64,000 nucleotides of DNA from Nemertoderma westbladi (GCA_032718475.1 JAUCBJ010000306.1:1-64000); one strand, 5' to 3'; counted from the first letter of the stretch, positions 1 to 12,229 are shown. Program-made: numbers and translations. The notes: generated by a model not told the origin, from the letters alone.

Positions 1-1539
1 CGACCTTTAGGAAACAATCCCGCCCGAGTGTCTGCTGATAGATATTGTACAAGCCTAGTAAGTAAGATCCGTTGGGATCTTAGTCGACCTTTAGGAAACA
101 ATCCCGCCCGAGTGTCTGCTGATAGATATTGTACAAGCCTAGTAAGTAAGATCCGTTGGGATCTTAGTCGACCTTTAGGAAACAATCCCGCCCGAGTGTC
201 TGCTGATAGATATTGTACAAGCCTAGTAAGTAAGATCCGTTGGGATCTTAGTCGACCTTTAGGAAACAATCCCGCCCGAGTGACTGCTGATAGATATTGT
301 ACAAGCCTAGTAAGTAAGATCCGTTGGGATCTTAGTCGACCTTTAGGAAACAATCCCGCCCGAGTGTCTGCTGATAGATATTGTACAAGCATGGTAAGTA
401 AGATCCGTTGGGATCTTAGTCGACCTTTAGGAAACAATCCCGCCCGAGTGTCTGCTGATAGATATTGTACAAGCCTAGTAAGTAAGATCCGTTGGGATCT
501 TAGTCGACCTTTAGGAAACAATCCCGCCCGAGTGTCTGCTGATAGATATTGTACAAGCCTAGTAAGTAAGATCCGTTGGGATCTTAGTCGACCTTTAGGA
601 AACAATCCCGCCCGAGTGTCTGCTGATAGATATTGTACAAGCCTAGTAAGTAAGATCCGTTGGGATCTTAGTCGACCTTTAGGAAACAATCCCGCCCGAG
701 TGTCTGCTGATAGATATTGTACAAGCCTAGTAAGTAAGATCCGTTGGGATCTTAGTCGACCTTTAGGAAACAATCCCGCCCGAGTGTCTGCTGATAGATA
801 TAGTACAAGCCTAGTAAGTAAGATCCGTTGGGATCTTAGTCGACCTTTAGGAAACAATCCCGCCCGAGTGTCTGCTGATAGATATTGTACAAGCCTAGTA
901 AGTAAGATCCGTTGGGATCTTAGTCGACCTTTAGGAAACAATCCCGCCCGAGTGTCTGCTGATAGATATTGTACAAGCCTAGTAAGTAAGATCCGTTGTG
1001 ATCTTAGTCGACCTTTAGGAAACAATCCCGCCGGAGTGTCTGCTGATAGATATTGTACAAGCCTAGTAAGTAAGATCCGTTGGGATCTTAGTCGACCTTT
1101 AGGAAACAATCCCGCCCGAGTGACTGCTGATAGATATTGTACAAGCCTAGTAAGTAAGATCCGTTGGGATCTTAGTCGACCTTTAGGAAACAATCCCGCC
1201 CGAATGTCTGCTGATAGATATTGTACAAGCCTAGTAAGTAAGATCCGTTGGGATCTTAGTCGACCTTTAGGAAACAATCCCGCCCGAGTGTCTGCTGATA
1301 GATATTGTACAAGCCTAGTAAGTAAGATCCGTTGGAATCTTAGTCGACCTTTAGGAAACAATCCCGCCCGAGTGTCTGCTGATAGATATTGTACAAGCCT
1401 AGTAAGTAAGATCCGTTGGGATCTTAGTCGTCCTTTAGGAAACAATCCCGCCCGAGTGTCTGCTGATATATATTGTACAAGCCTAGTAAGTAAGATCCGT
1501 TGGGATCTTAGTCGACCTTTAGGAAACAATCCCGCCCGA
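1..1539. repeat. 84-bp tandem repeat (~18 copies, runs off the left edge), derived from FReD coding sequence
   Basis: Monomer CGACCTTTAGGAAACAATCCCGCCCGAGTGTCTGCTGATAGATATTGTACAAGCCTAGTAAGTAAGATCCGTTGGGATCTTAGT with scattered SNPs. The minus strand reads DPNGSYLLGLYNIYQQTLGRDCFLKVD* per unit. Confidence 0.97.
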
Positions 1540-1550
1540 AAAAGATTGCA

Positions 1551-1786
1551 GTTCAAAGATTGCAAGAATTATTGTTCGCTGAAGGCGATTTATTCTATTT
1601 AATAAATACACGATGTTCTGGATCATGTTGTTTAAGTATGAATAGCTACACAATAGATATATTGGATAGGCATTCTGTTGTTGCCAATCAACTTATAAAA
1701 TAAATAACACGTATTCTAGAATTCTGTGTATTTATTAAATAGAATAAATGGCCTGCAGCGAACAATAATTCTTGCAATCTTTGAAC
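1551..1786. mobile_element. MITE-like element with ~61-bp terminal inverted repeats
   Basis: GTTCAAAGATTGCAAGAATTATTGTTCGCTG...AATAAATACAC (1551-1611) is the reverse complement of 1726-1786 with 2 mismatches. No clear TSD. Confidence 0.7.
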
Positions 1787-2280
1787 GCCTATGTCTCAGC
1801 TGTTTCTCAACGAACTTGAGTTGAGACATTATTACAAATTTTGAATCCTTTCAACGCAAGCTTTTTATTGATATGATAAAATTACGACTAATGTGAAGAA
1901 TGGCCACGATACGGAGTGTGCGATTTCGCAAAAGACACTTTTTTAAAACGCTTATAAAAAAATTTAAAGGCAAAATTGAATTCCGGCTTCATGGGGTCAA
2001 CGACGGTGAGTGGAACTAGTGGTGTTTCAAATTTCAAGCAATATGATAAAGATTTGTAGACAAGTCTGGGGGGGGGGGGGTCCGTGTCATCAGAAAATGA
2101 CACTATATTACGGTTCATGGTGTAATCGAATATTGGGGCGGCTTTCTCTCGTTATTTGTTGCAAATTATATTGGTAAGTTACATAATAACAATAAGTAAC
2201 CTACTGATACTGTAGGCCTACAGTTTGTTTCTTTTATCTCTTTGTAACTTCGTAGACATTTCAGTTTTATCTCAAATGTT

Positions 2281-3479
2281 TCAGCCGTTGATTTTCAGAC
2301 ATTTCACTTTCATCTCTAACTTATCATCCTCCGTGTCCCATTTATTTGGGTTAGTGCCTCCAGCTCCAGTCCACCATCCTGTCTTCATGTCAAACTTCGT
2401 GTTATTCAGGCGAGCGAGATCGTAGGTACCATTAGCAAATACAGCGGTCGGAGTAACTTCGACATAATTTGAAATCTTTAGCTCATAATTACTACTTGGC
2501 CCCAATGTAAAGTTGCTGTAGATTCTCATGGATTCTCCGAAGTTGATCTTTAAGAAACAATCCTTCCCGAGTGTCAGCCGATTCATATCATAAACGCCTA
2601 GAAAGTAAGATCCTTTGGCACGTCCCAAACCCCTGTAAAAATGTCCTTGATATACTTGGGTACCTGCAATCAAGGTATCATCGCATCTCACTTTATTGCT
2701 GGAGGTTAATAGATGGAATCTACCTGAAGGTAAAGAGACTTTATATTGCTGCTCGGATTGTGTCACGTTAACGCATATTTTCGAATAAGCGTAGGGATAA
2801 CATTGTCGCTCATAGCAAGCAATAAAGGAGCGATAAAAGTCATCCTTATTGGAGATGGTGGTTAAGGTGATTGTAATTGTAGTTGTGGGACCAATTGTAG
2901 TCGTGGTGACTGTAGTTGTTGTGGGACCAATTGTAGTCGTGGTGACTGTAGTTGTTGTGGGACCAATTGTAGTCGTGGTGACTGGTAGTTGTTGTGGGAC
3001 CAATTGTAGTCGTGGTGACTGTAGTTGTTGTGGGACCAATTGTAGTCGTGGTGACTGTAGTTGTTGTGGGACCATCTGTAGTCGTGGTGACTGTAGTTGT
3101 TGTGGGACCATCTGTAGTCACGGTGACTGTAGTTGTTGTTCCCTCATTACCTTCCCCTAATGAGCTGATGGTTGTCGCCCCGGTTGGTCCGGGTTGTAAC
3201 AGCGCCCATAATCAATATAACAGTGATAATAAATGTCAGAAGAGATGTGATTATTGCTAATGAAACTTTTATCTGATATTCAGGAGAATTCAGGATTCGA
3301 CACAACCAGTTTCTTTGTTCTGAATCGCTCTGCTGAGGTTCTCTCGGAATGTTCGCCTCAACATTATCTGCTTGTATTTGCGACGGCGGCTTAACCTCAT
3401 CCAATTCGATTTCTTCTGCGGCCGTTCTATAAGAAAACTTTGAGGAAGATCGACTAATTCCACTGAACAATGACGTCAT
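2281..3479 (-). pseudogene. Type-II transmembrane protein with Thr-rich mucin stalk and divergent fibrinogen C-terminal (FReD) domain; two frameshifts (pseudogene or assembly indels)
   Basis: ATG at 3479, then a hydrophobic span VSLAIITSLLTFIITVILI. A frameshift at ~3210 restores WALLQPGPTGATTISSLG. 36-bp GPTTTTVTTTTI repeats carry an extra base at ~2985. The C-terminus has FReD motifs VRCD, FYRGLG..GSYFLG, LT..DCFLKINF, YSNFTLG..YELKISNY, NNTKF, GWW, NPN and EMKV. Confidence 0.75.
2870..3140. repeat. 36-bp coding minisatellite (Thr-rich stalk)
   Basis: About 7 copies of GTAGTTGTTGTGGGACCAATTGTAGTCGTGGTGACT. Confidence 0.9.
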
Positions 3480-3852
3480 GATCACCTTGATGTCTAGATC
3501 TTTTGTGTTAATTAGTCCAGTGATTAATTATACTTTTATTGTTTGAATACGAACAAAGGCTTGCGATAATTATTTTATCACTACCCTATCATGTTTACAC
3601 CAAAATTTGACAATTTCAAAAACCTTTATAACGCCATTGTTCCAGAAGAAAATTATCGTAAAACGTTAATAAGAAGCAGAAGATAATTTGAAATTAGTGT
3701 TAGTTAGGAACTAGTACTAGTACCTAGTACTTTCTACTAAGAAAAATTAATTAAAAATAATAAAAAAAAATTTGAACGTATTTAAATATAAATTATCCCG
3801 GGAATAATTACTGAGTCATGGTAGATGTGCAGTAATTATTTACTAGCTAGAA

Positions 3853-5866
3853 AAACAATAGCTAGCTACCTTTAAAAACACTAGCTACCATAGTAAAAAA
3901 ACAATAGCTAGCTACCTTTAAAAACACTAGCTACCATAGTAAAAAAACAATAGCTAGCTACCTTTAAAAACACTAGCTACCATAGTAAAAAAACAATAGC
4001 TAGCTACCTTTAAAAACACGAGCTACCATAGTAAAAAAACAATAGCTAGCTACCTTTAAAAACACGAGCTACCATAGTAAAAAAACAATAGCTAGCTACC
4101 TTTAAAAACACTAGCTACCATAGTAAAAAAACAATAGCTAGCTACCTTTAAAAACACTAGCTACCATAGTAAAAAAACAATAGCTAGCTACCTTTAAAAA
4201 CACTAGCTACCATAGTAAAAAAACAATAGCTAGCTACCTTTAAAAACACTAGCTACCATAGTAAAAAAACAATAGCTAGCTACCTTTAAAAACACGAGCT
4301 ACCATAGTAAAAAAACAATAGCTAGCTACCTTTAAAAACACTAGCTACCATAGTAAAAAAACAATAGCTAGCTACCTTTAAAAACACGAGCTATCATAGT
4401 AAAAAAACAATAGCTAGCTACCTTTAAAAACACTAGCTACCATAGTAAAAAAACAATAGCTAGCTACCTTTAAAAACACGAGCTACCATAGTAAAAAAAC
4501 AATAGCTAGCTACCTTTAAAAACACTAGCTACCATAGTAAAAAAACAATAGCTAGCTACCTTTAAAAACACTAGCTACCATAGTAAAAAAACAATAGCTA
4601 GCTACCTTTAAAAACACTAGCTACCATAGTAAAAAAACAATAGCTAGCTACCTTTAAAAACACTAGCTACCATAGTAAAAAAACAATAGCTAGCTACCTT
4701 TAAAAACACTAGCTACCATAGTAAAAAAACAATAGCTAGCTACCTTTAAAAACACTAGCTACCATAGTAAAAAAACAATAGCTAGCTACCTTTAAAAACA
4801 CTAGCTACCATAGTAAAAAAACAATAGCTAGCTACCTTTAAAAACACTAGCTACCATAGTAAAAAAACAATAGCTAGCTACCTTTAAAAACACGAGCTAC
4901 CATAGTAAAAAAACAATAGCTAGCTACCTTTAAAAACACTAGCTACCATAGTAAAAAAACAATAGCTAGCTACCTTTAAAAACACGAGCTATCATAGTAA
5001 AAAAACAATAGCTAGCTACCTTTAAAAACACTAGCTACCATAGTAAAAAAACAATAGCTAGCTACCTTTAAAAACACGAGCTACCATAGTAAAAAAACAA
5101 TAGCTAGCTACCTTTAAAAACACTAGCTACCATAGTAAAAAAACAATAGCTAGCTACCTTTAAAAACACTAGCTACCATAGTAAAAAAACAATAGCTAGC
5201 TACCTTTAAAAACACTAGCTACCATAGTAAAAAAACAATAGCTAGCTACCTTTAAAAACACTAGCTACCATAGTAAAAAAACAATAGCTAGCTACCTTTA
5301 AAAACACTAGCTACCATAGTAAAAAAACAATAGCTAGCTACCTTTAAAAACACGAGCTACCATAGTAAAAAAACAATAGCTAGCTACCTTTAAAAACACG
5401 AGCTACCATAGTAAAAAAACAATAGCTAGCTACCTTTAAAAACACTAGCTACCATAGTAAAAAAACAATAGCTAGCTACCTTTAAAAACACGAGCTACCA
5501 TAGTAAAAAAACAATAGCTAGCTACCTTTAAAAACACGAGCTACCATAGTAAAAAAACAATAGCTAGCTACCTTTAAAAACACTAGCTACCATAGTAAAA
5601 AAACAATAGCTAGCTACCTTTAAAAACACTAGCTACCATAGTAAAAAAACAATAGCTAGCTACCTTTAAAAACACTAGCTACCATAGTAAAAAAACAATA
5701 GCTAGCTACCTTTAAAAACACTAGCTACCATAGTAAAAAAACAATAGCTAGCTACCTTTAAAAACACGAGCTACCATAGTAAAAAAACAATAGCTAGCTA
5801 CCTTTAAAAACACTAGCTACCATAGTAAAAAAACAATAGCTAGCTACCTTTAAAAACACGAGCTAC
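3853..5866. repeat. 46-bp AT-rich tandem repeat (~44 copies)
   Basis: Monomer TAGCTAGCTACCTTTAAAAACACTAGCTACCATAGTAAAAAAACAA with a recurrent CACTAG/CACGAG variant. Confidence 0.97.
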
Positions 5867-6842
5867 CGGTACCATAGTAAAAAAATAATAGGTAACCTCT
5901 CTCAGAAGGTGAAATTTATGTTCTAGAACAAAAAACATCATGATAATATCCATTGACATGGTCAAAAAATTGATCAAAAATAGGTACCAAAAATTTGGTT
6001 TTGTAATTTTAAAAACAGTAGCTACCTAAAAAAAATCACTAGCTACCATAAAACAACAACAGCTAACGTCGGTATTACTATGTTATGGGTACCCACTTTT
6101 TGACCAATTTATTTGACCATGTTAATGGCCATTATCATGAGGTTTTTTGTTTTAGAACATAAATGACAAGGTCATCTTCTGTGAGACGTTAACTAGGCCT
6201 ATTGTTTTTTTTTTGGCTCTTTTCGGAAACGGGGGCATATTTTCAAAAAAATTGCAAGTCATTTTTTTACATTTTAAGACTATTCATGAATGAAAATATT
6301 GATATTGAACTCATTTATATTCTAGAATTTATGGTAGCTAGTATTTATTAATAAAATAAACAATACAATTTATGCATTCACGGAAGAGTACTATTGACTA
6401 GAAATTAATTTATAGTAACTAAAATATAATATTCTAGAATATTAATAATTAGATTACTAATTGTGTTTTTTTTAATGGTAGCTAACACAGTGATTTTTTA
6501 CAACCTAGAACTTTTTGAAATTATATAAAAAAATACTAGCTAGTAAAAAAACACTAGCTAGTAGCTAAGCTACCATAACAAAATATCTACTATAAGAACA
6601 TTCACCTGGAACTATTCAGGAAAATATGCCCCCGTTTCCGAAAAAGAGCCTTTTTTTATGGTAGCTCTACTGTTTTTAAAATTACAAAACCAAATTTTTG
6701 GAACCTATTTTTTTATCAATTTTTAATCATGTTCATGGATATCATAATGATGTTTTTTGTTCTAGAACGTGGATTTCAACTTCTGAGAGAGGTTAGCTAT
6801 TATTTTTTATTATGGTAGTTAGTGTTTTTAAAGGTAGCTAGT
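5836..6842. mobile_element. Foldback/long inverted-repeat element (arms ~5836-6030 and ~6657-6842, partial extra inverted arm ~6095-6205)
   Basis: The reverse complement of 6657-6842 matches 5836-6030 (TAACCTCTCTCAGAAG.TGAAAT, GTTCTAGAACAAAAAACATCAT, CCAAAAATTTGGTTTTGTAATTTTAAAAACAGTAG). Confidence 0.7.
6215..6650. mobile_element. Nested MITE with ~30-bp TIRs
   Basis: GGCTCTTTTCGGAAACGGGGGCATATTTTC ... GAAAATATGCCCCCGTTTCCGAAAAAGAGCC, flanked by T-runs on both sides (possible TSD). Confidence 0.8.
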
Positions 6843-6969
6843 GATCTTAAAATTACAAAATAAAACTTGTCGTGCCCCTTTTATTTAGACGTATGGAAAT
6901 GTTGAATGCAATATTATTGAATTAATAAAAAAGAAATAAAACACAAATTTTCCGCTTTTTAGAATATAA

Positions 6970-8023
6970 GAGTTATCAAAAAAGAAAGACAGGCATCTGG
7001 CTGTTATCTTTGTTGACTTCTTCAAGGCCTTTGATTCAGTCTCTCGCTCACGTATGTTCAGCATACTTTCATTATATGGGATTCCTGATGAAATTATTGC
7101 AGCAATCAGATCAGTATACGATGGTTCGACAACATTTGTGTCTACTGTTGACGGTGACACAGAACCATTTGAAGTGTTATGGGGCGTCCTCCAAGGAGAC
7201 ACACTTGCACCATTCTTGTTCATAATTGTAGTTGACTATGTTCTACGCATGTCCTTAGATCATCATAATGATGATGGGGTGATGATAACTCCACCTACTG
7301 GCTCCAGAAGTCGAGGAAATCCTGCCAAGTACCTAACTGATCTAGACTTTGCTGATGACTTAGGAGTACTCTCAGAATCATTAGAGGGAGCCCAACGGCT
7401 CCTCAGCTCATTAGAACATGCTGCTTCTAGTGTTGGTCTTTTTATTAACTCCAGAAAGACCAAAATTTTGACAGTCAACTTTGAAAGTTCTCAGCAAGTC
7501 TCTGATCGGATGAGCATAAGCATAAGCTCAAAGGATGGTATGCTTGAGCATGTGGACGACTTCTGTTACCTGGGATCATGGATCCGGGAGTCATTATTTA
7601 GTAGTTCCTGTACTCCTCTACGGGAGTCCATGCTGGGCTCTAACTGATGAGGACACCAAATCTCTGGATGGCACATTCACAAGAATGCTACGCCGGGTTC
7701 ATTGTGTCAAGTACAATGCACACATCTCCAACCAGACACTATATAACATTGGAGGTGTCTCATTGGTTCCCCCAAGCTTGACACTAGAACAAAATCGCCT
7801 CCGCTTTGCAGGACATTGCTTTCGCCGTGAGGACCAGCCAGTGCATAATCTTGTACTTTGGCAGCCTCATGGAGTGAATAAGCATGGTGGACAGCCCATG
7901 ACTTTCTTGAGACGCATCTTAAAGGACACTGGCCTTAAAGATGCGGATGATCTAGCAAATGTCATGGGTGATAGGGAGTTGTGGCGGTGCAATTTTGTCG
8001 ATAAGCCGGCACAGCATTCCTAA
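6970..8023 (+). mobile_element. 5'-truncated, internally deleted LINE (RTE-like) reverse transcriptase fragment
   Basis: Motifs FVDFFKAFDSV, GVLQGDTLAPFLF, DLDFADDL, GLFINSRKTK and FCYLGSWI. After a deletion/frameshift at ~7590 it continues VLLYGSPCW and RLRFAGHCFR. Confidence 0.9.
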
Positions 8024-8469
8024 AAATGCAGCTGCAATGCAGCATGCCGAGCCTAGTAGTACTGTAACTAGGTCTACTTGTTACAGAACACAGGGGTACA
8101 CGATAGAAAATTCAGATTGTGTTACATATTTGGAATCCTCGAATGGCCAGCTTTCTAACAGTGGCACCAACAAACAGCTATAAGGTAGAAGAATAACTGC
8201 GGTGTAACTGGTGTAATATCGCTGGAGACACTTTTTTTAAACGCTTGTAGCTAAAGATTGAAAAGCGAAAATAACAATTCTGGCTCACCCAGTCAGTGGT
8301 CGGGAGGTGAAACTATGCAATCTCATTAAGATTTGTAGAAAAATTAGGGGGGGGGGGGGGGGTGTCCATTGCCGTCCAGGTCAATGCAATACAACACCAT
8401 ATTACAGGACACGGTTGGTGTAATGCTTACTAATATAAGTTTAAAGTATTAATTATTTCGGATTGGATA

Positions 8470-8697
8470 TTAGCAATTACAAACCTTCTTTGGGCGCGGT
8501 AGGTTGGGGCTGCCGCATTGGTTGCAGACATTGAGGCCCGTTGTATCAGCTGCGGACAGACCTTCGCGAATACGTGGAGGTAACTGACCCCGATTGGTGC
8601 CGACCCGGTTGCTGTGCCAACCGGTCTGTGGAATGTCGATCGGATTGGATGGAACCAACACCGGGGAACTGGAATCCTGAACACGTTGCCCTGGTAA
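8470..8697 (-). CDS. MAP3K13: DLK/LZK kinase, putative third coding exon
   Basis: Acceptor TTTGTGTTAACAG at 8698 is phase 0, matching the exon-2 donor. Reads LPGQRVQDSSSPVLVPSNPID...KKVCNC*. A possible alternative donor AAG|GTTTGT lies at 8485/8484. GC-rich block within AT-rich flanks. Confidence 0.6.
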   Translation of the reverse strand, partial: LPGQRVQDSSSPVLVPSNPIDIPQTGWHSNRVGTNRGQLPPRIREGLSAADTTGLNVCNQCGSPNLPRPKKVCNC

Positions 8698-9076
8698 CTG
8701 TTAACACAAAGGGTGGGTTGGATTCAGGGGTGGGGGGGGGGGGGGTGGGGGTGGGGGGGTGGGAGTGGGGGGGGGGGGGGGGGGGGGTGGGGGGTGTTAT
8801 TTAAAAAAAAACAGTAAATTTAAAAAATGATTTTTATACTAAAAAATAAAAATTATTCTTACTTGCTACTTTTTCTCCTTACAGATATATTTAACTTTTC
8901 TCATTCTAAAATTTTACTTTTTTTCTCGCTATATAATTTACTTTATATTATACTCTATATAATATCTTTATTTCTCCATTTTCTCTAGACTTAACTTTTT
9001 TCACTCTATATTTTACTTCTTTTTCTCTATATATATAATTTACTTTATTTCCCTCTAGACTTTATTTCCCTCTAAC

Positions 9077-9476
9077 CTTTATAGGCGAAGAAGATCGCCG
9101 GAAGTGGTGGGGACTGTTGAAGGAATGACGTAATTGAATGTGTTGTCTGGGCGAGCGGCCTCCCATGTTCTCTATGCTGCGCCACTCCCCTGGCCGTACG
9201 AAGGAACCGGTTCCGTTCGGGGTGTTCGGTAGCGTCCGCACCGACTCGCTACTCGGCAGTCTGTGGATGAGTTTATCCATGGCCAACTTGGATTTGGATA
9301 TAACGTTGAACTTGGCTGCGACAACGGATTGGAACTGTTTCTCCCGTTTGCTCAACTCGTTCTCCCGGCCTTCCAGCTGTAACATACAGGTGTGCAACTC
9401 GATGTAGAGGTTATTGGTCCGTTTGAGTTTCTTTTCGTAATGTTCCCGGATGTCCTGGGCGTGTTTCAGTTCCTCG
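9077..9476 (-). CDS. MAP3K13: DLK/LZK kinase second coding exon (dual leucine zipper region)
   Basis: Acceptor TTATTATTCCAG, phase 2. Encodes [35 protein letters not shown], matching the DLK zipper [27 protein letters not shown]. Donor AAG|GTTAGA. Confidence 0.92.
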
Positions 9477-9729
9477 CTGGAATAATAATTAAAATTAAAA
9501 GGCCAAAAACGCAGTAGTAAGATGTTAACATCCGTAAAGATAAATGATTAGAGACTTTCTGAGATAAAACGAAATTCGCGACAAAATGTAATTTGTATTA
9601 CTTTAATTAATTGATGACTGTGGTCAGTAATGGTTGACCGATGGATTTAGGTTTGGGTCTATATAGTGATCGCTAAAACGATAAAACCAGCAGTATATAC
9701 TATTTATCGTATAGCATTAAAAAAATATA

Positions 9730-9870
9730 CGTTAGGTGATTCAACATCATCCTTTAACTATCGTGGAATTGCTATAGAAAATTTTGGGGTATTATTATTG
9801 TCCCACAGAAGCGTTCTGGGATTAGATGAACTTCAGTTTGGCTTTCAACCAAACTCTAGTGCTGTAATGT
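9730..9870 (+). mobile_element. Decayed LINE RT fragment in the kinase intron
   Basis: Translates to NYRGIAI...LDELQFGFQPNSS, motifs typical of the region preceding LINE RT domains. Confidence 0.55.
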
Positions 9871-9991
9871 ATAGCTCGGCCGAGGAGTATGCTTACTGAC
9901 GGACAGACCGACAGTAAAACGGACAGTTAAAGTAGCGCTACCCCCCCCCCCCCCCCCACCCGTAAACTGTGCCAATATTACTATATTAGCT

Positions 9992-10024
<33 letters not shown>

Positions 10025-10258
10025 ACCCGTAAACTGTGCCAATATTACTATATTACATACCGGTACAATTATTTACGCTGTGATTATTAATTTCTCGTGA
10101 TATCTATGATATTAAATATTTTTAAAATTCGTATTTTTATTATTTTAACACTAAAATTAATCATTAATCAACTAAATTATTCATTCATAACCTAGATCAT
10201 AATATCATCATATCAGTGTAATATGTAAATGCATAATGTAATCATAGCAGTCTATATT

Positions 10259-12223
10259 CCTCGGAGGCCAGCCCCGTCTTCCAACCCAAGACCAGAACGC
10301 CACTTGACTCGCGATCCTCGGAGGCCAGCCCCGTCTTCCAACCCAAGACCAGAACGCCACTTGACTCGCGATCCTCGGAGGCCAGCCCCGTCTTCCAACC
10401 CAAGACCAGAACGCCACTTGACTCGCGATCCTCGGAGGCCAGCCCCGTCTTCCAACCCAAGACCAGAACGCCACTTGACTCGCGATCCTCGGAGGCCAGC
10501 CCCGTCTTCCAACCCAAGACCAGAACGCCACTTGACTCGCGATCCTCGGAGGCCAGCCCCGTCTTCCAACCCAAGACCAGAACGCCACTTGACTCGCGAT
10601 CCTCGGAGGCCAGCCCCGTCTTCCAACCCAAGACCAGAACGCCACTTGACTCGCGATCCTCGGAGGCCAGCCCCGTCTTCCAACCCAAGACCAGAACGCC
10701 ACTTGACTCGCGATCCTCGGAGGCCAGCCCCGTCTTCCAACCCAAGACCAGAACGCCACTTGACTCGCGATCCTCGGAGGCCAGCCCCGTCTTCCAACCC
10801 AAGACCAGAACGCCACTTGACTCGCGATCCTCGGAGGCCAGCCCCGTCTTCCAACCCAAGACCAGAACGCCACTTGACTCGCGATCCTCGGAGGCCAGCC
10901 CCGTCTTCCAACCCAAGACCAGAACGCCACTTGACTCGCGATCCTCGGAGGCCAGCCCCGTCTTCCAACCCAAGACCAGAACGCCACTTGACTCGCGATC
11001 CTCGGAGGCCAGCCCCGTCTTCCAACCCAAGACCAGAACGCCACTTGACTCGCGATCCTCGGAGGCCAGCCCCGTCTTCCAACCCAAGACCAGAACGCCA
11101 CTTGACTCGCGATCCTCGGAGGCCAGCCCCGTCTTCCAACCCAAGACCAGAACGCCACTTGACTCGCGATCCTCGGAGGCCAGCCCCGTCTTCCAACCCA
11201 AGACCAGAACGCCACTTGACTCGCGATCCTCGGAGGCCAGCCCCGTCTTCCAACCCAAGACCAGAACGCCACTTGACTCGCGATCCTCGGAGGCCAGCCC
11301 CGTCTTCCAACCCAAGACCAGAACGCCACTTGACTCGCGATCCTCGGAGGCCAGCCCCGTCTTCCAACCCAAGACCAGAACGCCACTTGACTCGCGATCC
11401 TCGGAGGCCAGCCCCGTCTTCCAACCCAAGACCAGAACGCCACTTGACTCGCGATCCTCGGAGGCCAGCCCCGTCTTCCAACCCAAGACCAGAACGCCAC
11501 TTGACTCGCGATCCTCGGAGGCCAGCCCCGTCTTCCAACCCAAGACCAGAACGCCACTTGACTCGCGATCCTCGGAGGCCAGCCCCGTCTTCCAACCCAA
11601 GACCAGAACGCCACTTGACTCGCGATCCTCGGAGGCCAGCCCCGTCTTCCAACCCAAGACCAGAACGCCACTTGACTCGCGATCCTCGGAGGCCAGCCCC
11701 GTCTTCCAACCCAAGACCAGAACGCCACTTGACTCGCGATCCTCGGAGGCCAGCCCCGTCTTCCAACCCAAGACCAGAACGCCACTTGACTCGCGATCCT
11801 CGGAGGCCAGCCCCGTCTTCCAACCCAAGACCAGAACGCCACTTGACTCGCGATCCTCGGAGGCCAGCCCCGTCTTCCAACCCAAGACCAGAACGCCACT
11901 TGACTCGCGATCCTCGGAGGCCAGCCCCGTCTTCCAACCCAAGACCAGAACGCCACTTGACTCGCGATCCTCGGAGGCCAGCCCCGTCTTCCAACCCAAG
12001 ACCAGAACGCCACTTGACTCGCGATCCTCGGAGGCCAGCCCCGTCTTCCAACCCAAGACCAGAACGCCACTTGACTCGCGATCCTCGGAGGCCAGCCCCG
12101 TCTTCCAACCCAAGACCAGAACGCCACTTGACTCGCGATCCTCGGAGGCCAGCCCCGTCTTCCAACCCAAGACCAGAACGCCACTTGACTCGCGATCCTC
12201 GGAGGCCAGCCCGTCTTCCAACC
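10259..12223. repeat. 57-bp GC-rich, essentially perfect tandem repeat (~34.5 copies) in kinase intron 1
   Basis: Monomer CCTCGGAGGCCAGCCCCGTCTTCCAACCCAAGACCAGAACGCCACTTGACTCGCGAT. No variant seen except in the terminal partial unit. Confidence 0.98.
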
Positions 12224-12229
12224 GCGCTC

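Noticed and set aside
28-1602. 524-aa plus-strand repeat protein
   Set aside because: The meaningful homology (FReD) is on the minus strand; the plus frame is open by chance.
3000-3150. Intron (AG|GTAATG at ~3150) rescuing the FReD frameshifts
   Set aside because: Available CAG acceptors in the Thr repeats give the wrong phase and lack pyrimidine tracts.
8110-8180. Possible fourth kinase exon after TTCTACCTTATAG
   Set aside because: The phase-0 reading gives only 21 aa with no DLK similarity; unsupported.
8711-8795. G-quadruplex-like poly-G tract
   Set aside because: Simple intronic homopolymer runs are common throughout the window, and nothing supports a specific function.
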